Source: an uncultured Candidatus Binatia bacterium (GTDB lineage: Bacteria; Desulfobacterota; Binatia; Bin18). From it: a stretch of 64,000 bases of DNA. The translations under genes were made by a program, and so were the position numbers. Shown here one piece after another: positions 22,486-33,169 of the stretch; the first letter of the stretch is position 1; every line of letters begins with the position of its first letter. The stretch lies in NCBI GenBank assembly GCA_965242605.1, contig CBDESS010000002.1, positions 128,572 to 192,571 of the forward strand. Direction: 5' to 3'. Under the pieces are notes generated by a model. It did not search any database. It had not been told where the DNA came from and worked only from the letters and a program-made list of their open reading frames with translations.

Positions 22486-23142
22486 TCAGCCGGGCTGGAG
22501 GGTGTCGGCGGTAGCGTCCCGCCCGTCGGCCTGGCCGTTCGGATACGCAGCATCAGGCTTCTGCCGGTCCCGCCGGTCGTGGGACCCCGAGCGGCTGACC
22601 GACACCCGTCGGATGACCTTGAGATGATACTCCAGCCCGGACCACAGGCTCAGCACGGCCGAGAGCCACAGAAAATACATCCCGGTGAGGTGAAAATCGA
22701 TATGCCAATAGGTGTAGTGCAGGATCAGACTGTGGACGGCAAAAATCTGGCAGAGGGTTTTGTACTTGCCGAGCGCTTCGGCCTCAAGCACGACCCCCCT
22801 GCCGGCGGCGATGCCGCGCAGCCCAGTGACCGCAATCTCCCGTCCGATCAGCACCACCACCAGCCAGGCCGGAACCCGTGGAACACGGTCCAGGCTGAGC
22901 AGCATAATCAGGGCGGCCGTCACCAGCAGCTTATCGGCCAGGGGGTCAAGCAGCTTGCCCAGGGTGCTCGTCCGACCCTGGAGCCGGGCAAGATAGCCGT
23001 CAAAATAGTCGGTCCAGCTGGCCACAAAAAAAATACCAAACGCCCACACCCCGGCCCTCGGCCCGGGGTCGGTCAGATAGTACATCAGCAGCGGGATCAG
23101 AGCGATGCGGAAGAGACTCAGCAGGTTGGGCAGGTGTGACAC
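22486..23142 (-). CDS. pgsA: CDP-diacylglycerol--glycerol-3-phosphate 3-phosphatidyltransferase
   Basis: PNLLSLFRI, DYFDGYLAR...GKLLDPLADK. Start moved to GTG 23142 because TTG 23181 coincides with a -35 box (TTGACC-17-TATACA). Confidence 0.92.
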   Translation of the reverse strand: MSHLPNLLSLFRIALIPLLMYYLTDPGPRAGVWAFGIFFVASWTDYFDGYLARLQGRTSTLGKLLDPLADKLLVTAALIMLLSLDRVPRVPAWLVVVLIGREIAVTGLRGIAAGRGVVLEAEALGKYKTLCQIFAVHSLILHYTYWHIDFHLTGMYFLWLSAVLSLWSGLEYHLKVIRRVSVSRSGSHDRRDRQKPDAAYPNGQADGRDATADTLQPG

Positions 23143-23249
23143 GAGTGCTTCCTGTATAGGCAATCTTTTGCCCCGGGTCAATTTGCCGCCCCTGCCGCTT
23201 CTCCCGCCTTGACTCCGCGGGGGCGACGTGTCAGCAATGGGCTTCGCGC

Positions 23250-24902
23250 ATGGAGACGAGCGACTATCTTATTATCGGCAGCGGCATTGCCGGCCTCAGC
23301 CTTGCCCTCAAAGCGGCCGCCCACAGTTCGGTCACCATTGTCACCAAAGACCGCCTCCCGGAGAGTAACAGCGCCTATGCCCAGGGCGGCATTGCCTCGG
23401 TCTGGAGCGCTGACGATTCTTTTGACGCCCATACGCGCGATACCCTCAAGGCCGGGGCCGGGCTGTGTCATCCCGAGGTGGTCGAAACCGTTGTCCGTGA
23501 AGGCCCGGAGCGGATTCGGGAACTGATTGCGCTGGGCACCAACTTCTCGCGGCGGAGCGGCAGCCGGGCCGAGGAGTATGATCTCGGCCTTGAGGGGGGG
23601 CATTCGTACCGGCGCATCCTGCACGCCGCGGACGCCACCGGCCAGGAAATTATCCGTGCCCTCGTCGCCGCGGTCCGCCGCCAGACCAATATCCGCATTC
23701 TTGAAAGGCATATGGGGATCGATCTGCTGACGACCGACGGGCCGGAGGGCAAAGCGTGCTGGGGGGCCTATGTGCTCAACCTTGAGACCAGGCGGGTCTC
23801 GACGTTTCCCGCCCAGGTGACTGTATTATGTACCGGCGGGGCCGGCAAGGTCTACCTGTATACCAGCAATCCCGATGTGGCCACCGGCGACGGTGTGGCT
23901 ATGGCCTATCGGGCCGGCGCGCCGGTCGCCAATCTCGAGTTCTTTCAGTTTCACCCGACCTGTCTGTTTCATCCCCAGGCCAGGTCGTTCTTGATTTCCG
24001 AAGCCCTGCGTGGCGAGGGCGCGGTGCTTCGCCGCCCAGACGGCACGGCCTTTATGGCCGAGTATGATGCGCGAGCCGAGCTGGCCCCCCGCGACATTGT
24101 GGCGCGGGCGATTGACCGGGAGATGAAGAGCCACGGCTTTGAGGCGGTTTTGCTCGATATCAGCCACCGCGACGCGGGTTTCTTGCGCCGACGCTTTCCG
24201 GTCATCTCCCAACGCTGTCGTGAGTACGGGATTGATCTGACCAGCGAGCCGATTCCGGTCGTGCCGGCGGCCCACTATATGTGCGGCGGGGTGGTCGTTG
24301 ACCTCAGCGGCGCAACCGCACTCCGGCGTCTGTACGCGGCCGGTGAGGTCAGCATGTCCGGTCTGCACGGGGCCAACCGGCTGGCGTCCAACTCGCTGCT
24401 CGAAGCTGTCGTCTTTGCCCATCGGGTGTTTGTGCATGCCGAGGAGTTGCTGGCCACCGACCGGCAGCCGCGCCCGGCCTTTGCCGACTGGAACCCGGGC
24501 CGGGCGGGCGATAGCGATGAAATGGTCGTGGTGGTCCAGACCTGGGAGGAGATTCGCCGCCTGATGTGGAACTATGTCGGCATTGTGCGCAGCGATCGCC
24601 GGCTGGCCCGCGCCCAGCGTCGGATTGGGCTGATTCAGGACGAGATTCGGGACTATTACTGGAACTTTCTGGTGACCGGTGATGTGCTGGAGTTGCGCAA
24701 CCTGGCCACGGTGGCCGAGCTGATCATTCGCTGCGCCCGTCTGCGCCGCGAGAGCCGGGGTCTGCATTCAACCCTGGATTATCCCCAGGCCGATGACCGC
24801 CGCTGGCGGCGCGATACCGTTGTGCGGGCCGACCCTCAGCCGTCCAACTCAAACAGGCCGAGCTGGCTGCCCTTGGGGCGTTCGCCGACCGGGACGGGGT
24901 AG
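23250..24902 (+). CDS. nadB: L-aspartate oxidase
   Basis: IIGSGIAG, SAYAQGGI, EGGHS.RRILH, QFHPT, ISEALRGEG, GLHGANRLASNSLLE, RESRGLH. Confidence 0.97.
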   Translation: METSDYLIIGSGIAGLSLALKAAAHSSVTIVTKDRLPESNSAYAQGGIASVWSADDSFDAHTRDTLKAGAGLCHPEVVETVVREGPERIRELIALGTNFSRRSGSRAEEYDLGLEGGHSYRRILHAADATGQEIIRALVAAVRRQTNIRILERHMGIDLLTTDGPEGKACWGAYVLNLETRRVSTFPAQVTVLCTGGAGKVYLYTSNPDVATGDGVAMAYRAGAPVANLEFFQFHPTCLFHPQARSFLISEALRGEGAVLRRPDGTAFMAEYDARAELAPRDIVARAIDREMKSHGFEAVLLDISHRDAGFLRRRFPVISQRCREYGIDLTSEPIPVVPAAHYMCGGVVVDLSGATALRRLYAAGEVSMSGLHGANRLASNSLLEAVVFAHRVFVHAEELLATDRQPRPAFADWNPGRAGDSDEMVVVVQTWEEIRRLMWNYVGIVRSDRRLARAQRRIGLIQDEIRDYYWNFLVTGDVLELRNLATVAELIIRCARLRRESRGLHSTLDYPQADDRRWRRDTVVRADPQPSNSNRPSWLPLGRSPTGTG

Positions 24903-26308
24903 CGGTCGGTAAAGCAGGCGTCACAGAAACCGGCCTGCGACGCTTTGAGGGCGATATACAGCCCGGCCTGGCTCAGATAGGACAGGCTGTCGGCGGTGAT
25001 ATAGCGCTGGATGGCTTCGACGTTCTGGTTGGCGGCGATGAGTTCGCGCCGTTTGGGCGTATCAACACCGTAGTAGCACGGGCCGACCGTCGGCGGGGAG
25101 CTGATCCGCATATGGACGGCACGCGCGCCGGCCTGGCGAATCATGGTGATAATTTTGCGGCTGGTCGTGCCCCTGACAATCGAGTCGTCCACAACAACGA
25201 CCCGCTTGCCGCGCAAGACCTCGGCCTGGGCGTTGAGCTTGACCTTGACGCCGAAGTGCCGGATGGCGTCACGCGGCTCAATAAAGGTGCGGCCCACATA
25301 GTGATTCCGAATCAGCCCCATCTCAAACGGCAGGCCGGCCTGCTGGGCATAGCCGAGTGCCGGCGGCACGCCGGAGTCCGGGACCGGGATGACGATATCG
25401 GCCTCGACCGGGGCCTCGCGGGCGAGTTGGCGACCGAAGGCCTGGCGGACCTGATAGACGTTCTTGCCGTACAGGGTGCTGTCGGGCCGGGAGAAGTAGA
25501 TATACTCAAACACGCACCGGGACAGCGGCTCACGCGCAAAGGGTGTGTAAGAGTGCAGCCCTTGGGGTGTACACAGCAGCACTTCGCCCGGCTCGACTTC
25601 CCGTTCGTAGCCGGCCCCGATCAGGTCAAAGGCGCAGGTTTCTGAGGCAACGACCGCGTCGGCTTTGCCCCCGTTGTTGATGTGGCCGAGCACCAGGGGG
25701 CGAAAACCGTGGGGATCGCGCGCTGCCACCATCGCGTTTTCGGTCAGAAACACCAGGGAGTACGCCCCGCGAAGCTGGGTCAGGGCTTCGATAATCCGGT
25801 CAACCAGGCTCGGTGCCTGGGCGGCGGCAATCAGGTGGAGAATGACCTCGGTGTCGACTGTTGATTGAAAAATCGAGCCCTGCCTCTCCAGCCGCAGCCG
25901 CAGCTCGTCGGCGTTGACCAGGTTGCCGTTATGGCCGACCGCCAGTGAGCCGTAGGTGTAGCGGGCCACCAGCGGCTGGCTGTTCCTGAGAATGGTTGAG
26001 CCGGCGGTGGAGTAGCGGTTATGCCCGATGGCGCTGGTGCCCTCCAGCCGGCGGATGTGGCGTTCGTCAAAAATATCGGCGACCAGGCCAAGCCCGCGAT
26101 GGGCCAGCAGGGTTTGGCCGTTGGAGGAGACAATGCCGGCTGCTTCCTGGCCCCGGTGCTGGAGGGCGTACAGCGACAGGTAGGCGAGATTGGCCGCGTC
26201 GGGGTGGCCGTAGATGCCGACTACGCCGCACTCTTCGCGGAAACGGTCGAGCCGGTCGTGCGGGTCCTGCTGCTGGGCGCGCTGGCCTGGGGGGGGGGTG
26301 TCCGGCAT
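24836..26308 (-). CDS. purF: Amidophosphoribosyltransferase
   Basis: EECGVVG (propeptide then catalytic Cys), LQHRGQE, GHNRYST, VVDDSIVRGTTS. Confidence 0.98.
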   Translation of the reverse strand: MPDTPPPGQRAQQQDPHDRLDRFREECGVVGIYGHPDAANLAYLSLYALQHRGQEAAGIVSSNGQTLLAHRGLGLVADIFDERHIRRLEGTSAIGHNRYSTAGSTILRNSQPLVARYTYGSLAVGHNGNLVNADELRLRLERQGSIFQSTVDTEVILHLIAAAQAPSLVDRIIEALTQLRGAYSLVFLTENAMVAARDPHGFRPLVLGHINNGGKADAVVASETCAFDLIGAGYEREVEPGEVLLCTPQGLHSYTPFAREPLSRCVFEYIYFSRPDSTLYGKNVYQVRQAFGRQLAREAPVEADIVIPVPDSGVPPALGYAQQAGLPFEMGLIRNHYVGRTFIEPRDAIRHFGVKVKLNAQAEVLRGKRVVVVDDSIVRGTTSRKIITMIRQAGARAVHMRISSPPTVGPCYYGVDTPKRRELIAANQNVEAIQRYITADSLSYLSQAGLYIALKASQAGFCDACFTDRYPVPVGERPKGSQLGLFELDG

Positions 26309-26353
26309 GGAAGCTCCTCTCGGCCGCCTGCCCTGTGCGTTGGACCTTGGGCT

Positions 26354-28588
26354 TTACTGCCCGAGGTGCCGGGCCAGAGCGGTCTGCCATTCGTGTTTGA
26401 GCCGGGCAACCGGCAGGCGTATACTGCCGGTCAGCTCCAGCAGGCTGCCGCCGACCTGGCCCAGGACAGCGCACGGCAGGCCGGCCGCCTCGGCCAGGGC
26501 TTGGAGCCGGGTGAGCCTGGCGGCGGGTAATGAGACCAGGGCCCGGGACTGGCTTTCGCCAAACAGCAGAGCGTCAAGACGCGGAGCGCCGAGACGCATG
26601 GAGTCGGCAAGGCGGACCTGTGCGCCGAGGGCGGCCGGGCCGCTGATGCACGCCTCGGCCAGCGCTACGGCCAGGCCGCCTTCGGCGATGTCGTGGGCTG
26701 ACGACAGCAGCCCTTCGGCGCTGGCGTTGAGGCAGACATGGTGGAGGCGTTTTTCACGCTCAAGGTCTAACTGGGGTGGTCGGCCGGCCACCCGGTTATG
26801 GATCACGGCCAGGTATTCGCTGGCCCCTAACTCCTCGAGGGACTCGCCGAGCAGGACGATGACATCGCCCGGTCGCTTGAACCACTGGGTCAGACGGCGG
26901 CTGACATCGGCCAGGATGCCGACCATAGCGACGGTTGGCGTCGGCGGAATGGCCCGGCCTTCGGTTTCGTTATAGAAGCTGACATTGCCACTGACGACGG
27001 CGAGGCCAAGCGCCTGGCACGCGTCCCGCAGGCCGGCAATGGTCTGCTGGAACTGCCACATCACCTCGGGTTTTTCAGGATTGCCGAAGTTCAGACAGTC
27101 GGACAGGGCCAGCGGGCGAGCACCGCTGACGGCCAGGTTGCGGGCGCTCTCGGCGACGGCGAGCAGCGCACCGCGATACGGGTCTTGGACACAGTAGCGA
27201 CTGTTACAGTCAACGCTCAGGCCGATACCGGTCGTGGTCCCTTTGATACGCAAGACGGCCGCATCCGATCCAGGCGGGACAACCGTATTGCCGCTGACCA
27301 GCGTATCGTACTGCCGGTAGACCCATTCTTTGCTGGCCAGGTTGGGCGAGCCCAGCAGCCGGAGCAGGACGGCGTTGTAATCGCTCGGCAGGGGCAGGCC
27401 GGCCAGGTCGAGGGAGTGGCGGCGGTCGAGATCGTCCGGCTTGCGGGCCGGCCGCTTGTAGGCCGGTGCCTCGTCGGTCAGTGCCGAAACCGGAATACGC
27501 ACCACCTCTCGGCCCTGCCAGTCGGCCCGGAACAGGCCGTCGTCGGTGACCTGGCCGACAACCACGGCGGGCAGGTCCCAGCCGGCGAAAATGGCCCTGA
27601 CCTCTTCTTCACAGCCGGCCTTGGCCACGAGCAGCATACGTTCCTGGGACTCTGACAGCAGCAGCTCACAGGGGCTGATGCCGTCCTCGCGGGTAGGAAC
27701 GGTGTCCAGATTGAGCACAAAGCCGGTGCCTCCCCGGCCGGCCATTTCGACCGATGCACTGCTCAGGCCGGCCGCTCCCATGTCCTGGACAGCCACGATC
27801 ACATCCCGCTGCATCAGCTCAAGGCAGGCTTCAATCAGCAGGTTTTCGGTAAACGGGTCGCCGACCTGCACGGCCGGCCGGAGTTCTTCTGAGCGCGCGT
27901 CAAACTCGCGCGAGGCGAGCAGGCTGGCCCCATGAATGCCGTCTCGCCCGGTGCGTGAGCCGACATACATGACGGGGTTGCCGGCTCCGGCCGCCCGGGC
28001 ACGAAAGACCCGGTCGGTCCTGACCACGCCGAGGCCGAAGGCGTTGACGAGGATGTTGCCGTTATAGCCGGGATCAAAGGACACCTCACCGCCGACGGTC
28101 GGCACGCCGACGCTGTTGCCATAGCCGCCGATGCCGGCCACCACGCCTTTGACGAGACAGGGGGTGCGCGGGTGCGCGGGTGCGCCAAAGCGCAGCGAGT
28201 TGAGCGAGGCGATTGGCCGGGCACCCATTGTAAATATGTCGCGTAAGATGCCGCCTACCCCGGTTGCCGCACCGTGACAGGGTTCGATAAACGAGGGGTG
28301 GTTGTGGCTCTCCATTTTGAACACCACGGCCAGCCCGTGGCCAATATCGACAATCCCCGCATTTTCGCCCGGACCCTGGAGAACGGCCGGACCGGTGGTC
28401 GGCAGGTGGCGCAAAGAGTGCCGGGAGCTCTTGTAGCTGCAGTGCTCAGACCACATGACCGAAAAGACGCCCAACTCCTCAAAGCTCGGCGTGCGGCCGA
28501 GCAACTGGACGATGCGGGCATATTCGGTGTCGGTCAGGCCATGAGCCTGGGCGAGTTGGAGCGTCACCGTTGGGGTGTGGGCTGTCAT
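26354..28588 (-). CDS. purL: Phosphoribosylformylglycinamidine synthase subunit PurL (small type)
   Basis: [41 protein letters not shown]. Confidence 0.98.
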   Translation of the reverse strand: MTAHTPTVTLQLAQAHGLTDTEYARIVQLLGRTPSFEELGVFSVMWSEHCSYKSSRHSLRHLPTTGPAVLQGPGENAGIVDIGHGLAVVFKMESHNHPSFIEPCHGAATGVGGILRDIFTMGARPIASLNSLRFGAPAHPRTPCLVKGVVAGIGGYGNSVGVPTVGGEVSFDPGYNGNILVNAFGLGVVRTDRVFRARAAGAGNPVMYVGSRTGRDGIHGASLLASREFDARSEELRPAVQVGDPFTENLLIEACLELMQRDVIVAVQDMGAAGLSSASVEMAGRGGTGFVLNLDTVPTREDGISPCELLLSESQERMLLVAKAGCEEEVRAIFAGWDLPAVVVGQVTDDGLFRADWQGREVVRIPVSALTDEAPAYKRPARKPDDLDRRHSLDLAGLPLPSDYNAVLLRLLGSPNLASKEWVYRQYDTLVSGNTVVPPGSDAAVLRIKGTTTGIGLSVDCNSRYCVQDPYRGALLAVAESARNLAVSGARPLALSDCLNFGNPEKPEVMWQFQQTIAGLRDACQALGLAVVSGNVSFYNETEGRAIPPTPTVAMVGILADVSRRLTQWFKRPGDVIVLLGESLEELGASEYLAVIHNRVAGRPPQLDLEREKRLHHVCLNASAEGLLSSAHDIAEGGLAVALAEACISGPAALGAQVRLADSMRLGAPRLDALLFGESQSRALVSLPAARLTRLQALAEAAGLPCAVLGQVGGSLLELTGSIRLPVARLKHEWQTALARHLGQ

Positions 28589-28593
28589 GGCTC

Positions 28594-29280
28594 TCAGCGC
28601 TCTTCCCCGACACCGGTGAACAGCCGGCGGCCGTCTTCTCCGCCCAAGAGCGCCTCAACGGCGTGCTCGGGATGGGGCATCAGGCCAACGACGTTGCCCC
28701 GCGGATTGGTGATCCCGGCGATATTGTGCAGCGAGCCGTTGGGGTTGGCGCTGGCCTCGACGTCGCCCGCCGAGGTGGCATAGCGAAACACGACCTGGCC
28801 GTTGTCTTCAAGCGCTTGCAGGGTAGGCGGGTCGGCAACATAACAGCCCTCGCCGTGCTTGATCGGCAGGTGCAGGGTCTGGCCTGTCCGGCAGGTGGTG
28901 GTAAACGCGGTGCTGGTCTGTTCGACCCGGATCCAGACCCAGGCGTTGATGAACCGCAGCGACTGGTTGCGAACCAAGGCACCGGGTAAGAGCCCCGACT
29001 CGCACAGAATCTGAAAGCCGTTACACATGCCCAGAACCGGCCCGCCGGCCTTGGCAAACGCGATAATACTCTGCATGACCGGGGAAAAGCGGGCCAGGGC
29101 ACCGCAGCGCAGATAATCGCCGTATGAAAATCCGCCCGGCAGGACTACCGCGTCCACGCCGTGCAGGTCGCGGTCTTTGTGCCACAGCGAGACGACCTGG
29201 TGTCTGAGGACCGTCTCCAGGCAGTACGCCGAGTCTCGGTCGTCGTTTGAACCGGGAAAGGTGACCACCCCCCACTTCAT
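28594..29280 (-). CDS. purQ: FGAM synthase glutaminase subunit
   Basis: [30 protein letters not shown]. Confidence 0.98.
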   Translation of the reverse strand: MKWGVVTFPGSNDDRDSAYCLETVLRHQVVSLWHKDRDLHGVDAVVLPGGFSYGDYLRCGALARFSPVMQSIIAFAKAGGPVLGMCNGFQILCESGLLPGALVRNQSLRFINAWVWIRVEQTSTAFTTTCRTGQTLHLPIKHGEGCYVADPPTLQALEDNGQVVFRYATSAGDVEASANPNGSLHNIAGITNPRGNVVGLMPHPEHAVEALLGGEDGRRLFTGVGEER

Positions 29281-29286
29281 CGGACG

Positions 29287-29535
29287 CTACTCTTCAACCA
29301 GCTCAAAGCGAAAGTCCTCAATGATCTGGTTGGCCAACAGCCGCTGGCACATTTCTTCAACCCGCTGTTGGGCCCGGCCCGGCGGCAGGTTGTGGAGGCG
29401 GACTTCGAGGTATTTGCCCATCCGCACATCGCTGACTTCGCTATAGTTGAGGGCGTGCAGCGAGGCCGCAATCGCTTTGCCCTGGGGATCGAGAATCGCT
29501 TTTTTGGGGGTCACATAGACTTTTGCCAACAGCAT
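29287..29535 (-). CDS. purS: FGAM synthase subunit PurS
   Basis: LDPQG, VRMGK, LLANQIIE; lies between purB and purQ. Confidence 0.95.
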   Translation of the reverse strand: MLLAKVYVTPKKAILDPQGKAIAASLHALNYSEVSDVRMGKYLEVRLHNLPPGRAQQRVEEMCQRLLANQIIEDFRFELVEE

Positions 29536-29544
29536 GGGAGTGGC

Positions 29545-30843
29545 CTAGGCGTGGCGCAAGGCGCGTTCGATGACGGTCTGGGCATGTCTGAGCGCGTGCT
29601 GGGCATCAAACAGTTGGTCCAACTCCACAGGGCTGAGCAGGCCGCTGATGTCCGGGTCCTGGCGCACGGCAGCGGCAAAGGAGGTGCCGGTCTCCCACAC
29701 ATGCATGGCGTTGCGCTGCACCCAGCGGTAGGCCTCGTCGCGGGCGGTGCCCTTGCGGACGAGGGCCAGCAGGAGATGCTCGGAGTAGACCATCTCGCCC
29801 AGGGTCGTCATATTCTCCCGCATCCGCTCGGGGTGCATGACCAGCCGGACAAGAATGCCGGTCAGGCGGGCGAGCATGAAGTCGAGCAGGATAGTCGCGT
29901 CTGGACCAATGACCCGCTCAACCGAGGAATGGCTGATATCACGCTCATGCCACAGGGGGATATTTTCAAAGGCCGACAGGGCATAGCCACGGAGCAGGCG
30001 AGCGCAGCCGCACACGTTTTCCAACTGCCAGGGGTTGCGCTTGTGGGGCATGGCTGAGGAGCCCTTTTGGCCGGGGCTGAACGGTTCTTCGACTTCCAGG
30101 ACTTCGGTGCGCTGGAGGTGGCGCAGCTCGGTCGCAATCCGCTCCAGCGAACTGCCGATCAAGGCCAGGGTCGAGAAGAAGGCGGCGTGGCGGTCGCGGG
30201 GCACAATCTGGGTGGAAATCGGCTCTGGCCGCAGCTTGAGGCGGCGGCATACACGCGCTTCAATCTCCGGGTCGATATTGGCAAATGTCCCGACCGCGCC
30301 CGAGATTTTGCCATAGGCGATATCCTGGCGCGCCTGGTCCAGGCGTGTATGGCCGCGCCGCATCTCGGCATACCAGTGGGCGGCTTTGAGGCCAAAGGTG
30401 ATGGGTTCGGCGTGAACCCCGTGGGTTCGTCCGATGGTCAGGGTATGGGCGTGCTCTTGGGCGAGACGTTTGAGAATCGCCAGCAAGGCCTCAACATCGG
30501 CCAGGAGGATGTCGGCGGCCTCGCACAGTTGGACAGCAAAGCCGGTGTCAATGACATCCGATGAGGTCAGGCCCAGGTGCAGATAGCGGCCGGGCTCACC
30601 GAGCGGTTCGGCAACGGACGACACAAAAGCGACCACGTCGTGTTTGACCTCGGCCTCGATCTCCCGCATACGCGCAAGATTCAGAGTTGCCCGCCGGCGG
30701 AGTTGGTCCGCGGCCGTGCGCGGAATCTGGCCGTGCTCGGCTAAGGCTTCGCAGGCCAACAGTTCCACCTCCAACCACTTGGCAAATTTGTTGTCTTCCG
30801 ACCAAATCCGGCCCATGACCGGGCGGGTATAGCGTTCAATCAT
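29545..30843 (-). CDS. purB: Adenylosuccinate lyase
   Basis: MIERY, HLGLTSSD, GRTHGVHAEP, GSSAMPHKRNP. Confidence 0.98.
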   Translation of the reverse strand: MIERYTRPVMGRIWSEDNKFAKWLEVELLACEALAEHGQIPRTAADQLRRRATLNLARMREIEAEVKHDVVAFVSSVAEPLGEPGRYLHLGLTSSDVIDTGFAVQLCEAADILLADVEALLAILKRLAQEHAHTLTIGRTHGVHAEPITFGLKAAHWYAEMRRGHTRLDQARQDIAYGKISGAVGTFANIDPEIEARVCRRLKLRPEPISTQIVPRDRHAAFFSTLALIGSSLERIATELRHLQRTEVLEVEEPFSPGQKGSSAMPHKRNPWQLENVCGCARLLRGYALSAFENIPLWHERDISHSSVERVIGPDATILLDFMLARLTGILVRLVMHPERMRENMTTLGEMVYSEHLLLALVRKGTARDEAYRWVQRNAMHVWETGTSFAAAVRQDPDISGLLSPVELDQLFDAQHALRHAQTVIERALRHA

Positions 30844-31043
30844 ACGAGTGTTGAGTCAGAGGCTTTGGGGCTGTGTTCTGTCCTATGTGGCGACCGCTCG
30901 GATGTCAAGGGAGAAGCCGAAGAAGATACGGGAAAGCCGGTTTTGCCTCTCTTCGCTGTTGGGCTTGATTGCTCAAGTCTTTTTGGAGTATACGGAAAGC
31001 CATAGAAAGATGAGAGCGATAATCAGTAGAGAAGGAGGACGCA

Positions 31044-31157
31044 ATGGCTTCAGAACAACAGAACCGGAAGATTGCCCATGACGCCATTTCTCGTGGAAGA
31101 GATAGAGATGGAGTCCAGAAGAAGAGGATAGAGATTACAGACAGGCTGTTGGCATAA
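31044..31157 (+). CDS. Small hypothetical ORF (37 aa)
   Basis: AAGGAGG RBS 5 nt before ATG; MASEQQNRKIAHDAISRGRDRDGVQKKRIEITDRLLA. Its stop overlaps the RBS of the next gene. Confidence 0.35.
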   Translation: MASEQQNRKIAHDAISRGRDRDGVQKKRIEITDRLLA

Positions 31158-31169
31158 GGAATCGTGTGT

Positions 31170-31637
31170 ATGGAACCGAAAGAAGCGGTAGACCGATTGA
31201 CTCAGCGGTGGAAAGAAGCCCGGCTGACGATCAGACCTGGCGTCCGCGCTGAACGGCTGGGTCAATTCAAGCAACGGTCTGGTGTGCAACTCGGGCCCGG
31301 TATACGCGAGTATTTCAAGGCAGTAAATGGGATGGCGCTGGACGAAATGGACCCTGACTGTCATATGCGGTTCTGGCCTTTGCAGGAGGTCAAACCGGTT
31401 CAGGAAGAATTTGACGCCCCCTGGGTAGCGCAGTACACGGGCTCCTACCTGTTTGCGGATTATCTTCTCTGGTCTCACGCCTACGCGATTGACCTCACTC
31501 CCGCCGGTCAAGAGGCTATCGTGATGGTGGGGGGGAAAACTCCCCGGCCGGTAGCACCATCTTTTACCGATTTTGTCTGGATGTACCTGGACAACAGTGA
31601 ACAACTTTTCCCTCAACAAGAAGTTTATCCGGGATAG
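31170..31637 (+). CDS. SMI1/KNR4 (SUKH) family protein, immunity-protein-like
   Basis: PG..E.L..F....GVQL...IREYF...NG, RFWPLQEV, FADY, VAPSFTDF pattern. Confidence 0.8.
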   Translation: MEPKEAVDRLTQRWKEARLTIRPGVRAERLGQFKQRSGVQLGPGIREYFKAVNGMALDEMDPDCHMRFWPLQEVKPVQEEFDAPWVAQYTGSYLFADYLLWSHAYAIDLTPAGQEAIVMVGGKTPRPVAPSFTDFVWMYLDNSEQLFPQQEVYPG

Positions 31638-31719
31638 GTCAAGCCGTTCCAGTTCGGATTCTCCCTGACTCTGACGGTGTTGCAATCCCCAGTCGGGCCA
31701 GATAGGGTAGGGGGCCGAG

Positions 31720-31792
31720 GGCGGCGTACCCAAGTGGTTAAGGGAGCGGTCTGCAAAACCGCCATTCACCGGTTCAAATCCGGTCGCCGCCT
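31720..31792 (+). tRNA. tRNA-Cys (GCA)
   Basis: GGCGGCG/CGCCGCC acceptor stem, anticodon loop CTGCAAA, GGTTCAAATCC T-arm, U discriminator. Confidence 0.97.
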
Positions 31793-31799
31793 CGTGACT

Positions 31800-32603
31800 T
31801 CAATCTGGGCTGCATCCGTCCCGCGTCGTCTGGCGCGGTCCCAAACATACCCCCCGCTCGGACTCTTCGATAAAATCAAGTAAGGCCAGAATGTCGGGAG
31901 TACACGGCTCCTGACGGAGGGCTTCAACCGCATGTTTCAGGTTGATTTTTTTCCTGAACAGGCGACCAAACACGACGTGTAAGGCCCGGATCCGCTCTTG
32001 GCTCAAGCCGGCCCGACGCAGACCCACCCGATTGAGACCCCTGACCGTGTGGGTCCCATCCATAATGCAAAACGGCGGAACATCGCGGCTGGTCCGCGAT
32101 AAGCCGCGTAACAGGGCCAAGGTTCCGATCCGAACAAATTGGTGGACCACACAGTTCCCGGACACAAAGGCGCGGTCTGCGACCTGCACATAGCCGGCGA
32201 GCAGGGCACCACCGGCAATAATCGTCTGACTGCCAATCTGACAGTTATGGGCGACATGGGCGTTTTGCATCAGGTAATTATCGTCCCCGATAACAGTGCT
32301 GCTGCCCGCGGTCGTTCCCCGATGGACCTGACTGTGCTCCCGAAAGACATTCCGGTGGCCGATCTTGAGAAAGGTCTGGTGCCGGGCGTAGGACAGGTCT
32401 TGTGGTTCGTGGCCAATGACTGCCCCCATATGAATGACATTGTCCTCGCCAATTTCTGTCCAGCCGCTGAGCACGGCATGGGCCAGCACACGGCTTCCGG
32501 CCCCCACCCGAACGGGTCCGTCAATCACGACATACGGCCCAATGTCGGCCTGGGGAGCAATGTCGGCCCGCGGATCAACGATCGCGGTCGGATGTATTGG
32601 CAT
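31800..32603 (-). CDS. lpxA: Acyl-ACP--UDP-N-acetylglucosamine O-acyltransferase
   Basis: IHPTAIVD hexapeptide repeats, EPQDL, HRGT, HVAHNC, VHQFVRIG, GLNRVGLRRAG. Confidence 0.93.
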   Translation of the reverse strand: MPIHPTAIVDPRADIAPQADIGPYVVIDGPVRVGAGSRVLAHAVLSGWTEIGEDNVIHMGAVIGHEPQDLSYARHQTFLKIGHRNVFREHSQVHRGTTAGSSTVIGDDNYLMQNAHVAHNCQIGSQTIIAGGALLAGYVQVADRAFVSGNCVVHQFVRIGTLALLRGLSRTSRDVPPFCIMDGTHTVRGLNRVGLRRAGLSQERIRALHVVFGRLFRKKINLKHAVEALRQEPCTPDILALLDFIEESERGVCLGPRQTTRDGCSPD

Positions 32604-32616
32604 GGGCAGAGGTGAG

Positions 32617-32823
32617 CTAACGCGGCTTGTCGGGCCGACGGTGTGCGACAGGCTCGCCGGATTCCGCTTCAGGTTCGGCTTGGTCGCCCGGAATGCGGTA
32701 GGATTCGTCGGCCCATGCCCCAAGGTCAATCGTCCGACAACGCGCTGAGCAAAAGGGGCGAAAGGGGTTGGCCGGCCAGGAAACAGGTTTGCGGCAGGTC
32801 GGGCACGGCACGCTGTGTGGCAT
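32617..32823 (-). CDS. yacG: DNA gyrase inhibitor YacG
   Basis: CPTC...[24 protein letters not shown]. Confidence 0.93.
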   Translation of the reverse strand: MPHSVPCPTCRKPVSWPANPFRPFCSARCRTIDLGAWADESYRIPGDQAEPEAESGEPVAHRRPDKPR

Positions 32824-32868
32824 ACAGGTTCCAGGATGGGACGAACTGTCGTGGCATCAGAAAACCGG

Positions 32869-32940
<72 letters not shown>

Positions 32941-32954
32941 CCGGAGCGAGAAAA

Positions 32955-33073
32955 CCCCCGGCCTCGTCCTACTCTCCCACTCCCGGAAGGAGCAGTACCA
33001 TCGGCGCTGGAGGGCTTAACGGCCGTGTTCGGTATGGGAACGGGTGTGGCCCCTCCGCCATTGAGACCAGGGG
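32955..33073 (-). rRNA. rrf: 5S ribosomal RNA (not linked to 16S/23S)
   Basis: Reverse complement contains CACCCGTTCCCATACCGAACACGG, GCCGATGGTACT and GGGAGAGTAGG; terminal helix CCCCTGG/CCGGGGG; about 119 nt. Confidence 0.95.
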
Positions 33074-33128
33074 AGTTTCTCTTGGGAGAGTACCTACACA
33101 CACAGACCCGTCCTGTCAAGTCCGCCGC

Positions 33129-33157
33129 TTGACTCAATTTGTATGAGCCTCTAAGAT
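33129..33157 (+). promoter_or_regulatory. sigma70 promoter of the gsp cluster
   Basis: TTGACT-17 bp-TAAGAT, 12 nt before the gspF ATG. Confidence 0.6.
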
Positions 33158-33169
33158 TTTGAGACGCCC

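Noticed and set aside
31050-31769. 239-aa minus-strand ORF
   Set aside because: Antisense to the SUKH gene and overlapping tRNA-Cys.
30900-31800. Prophage or integrative element at tRNA-Cys or the other tRNAs
   Set aside because: No integrase or transposase, and I saw no duplicated tRNA 3' end in the window.
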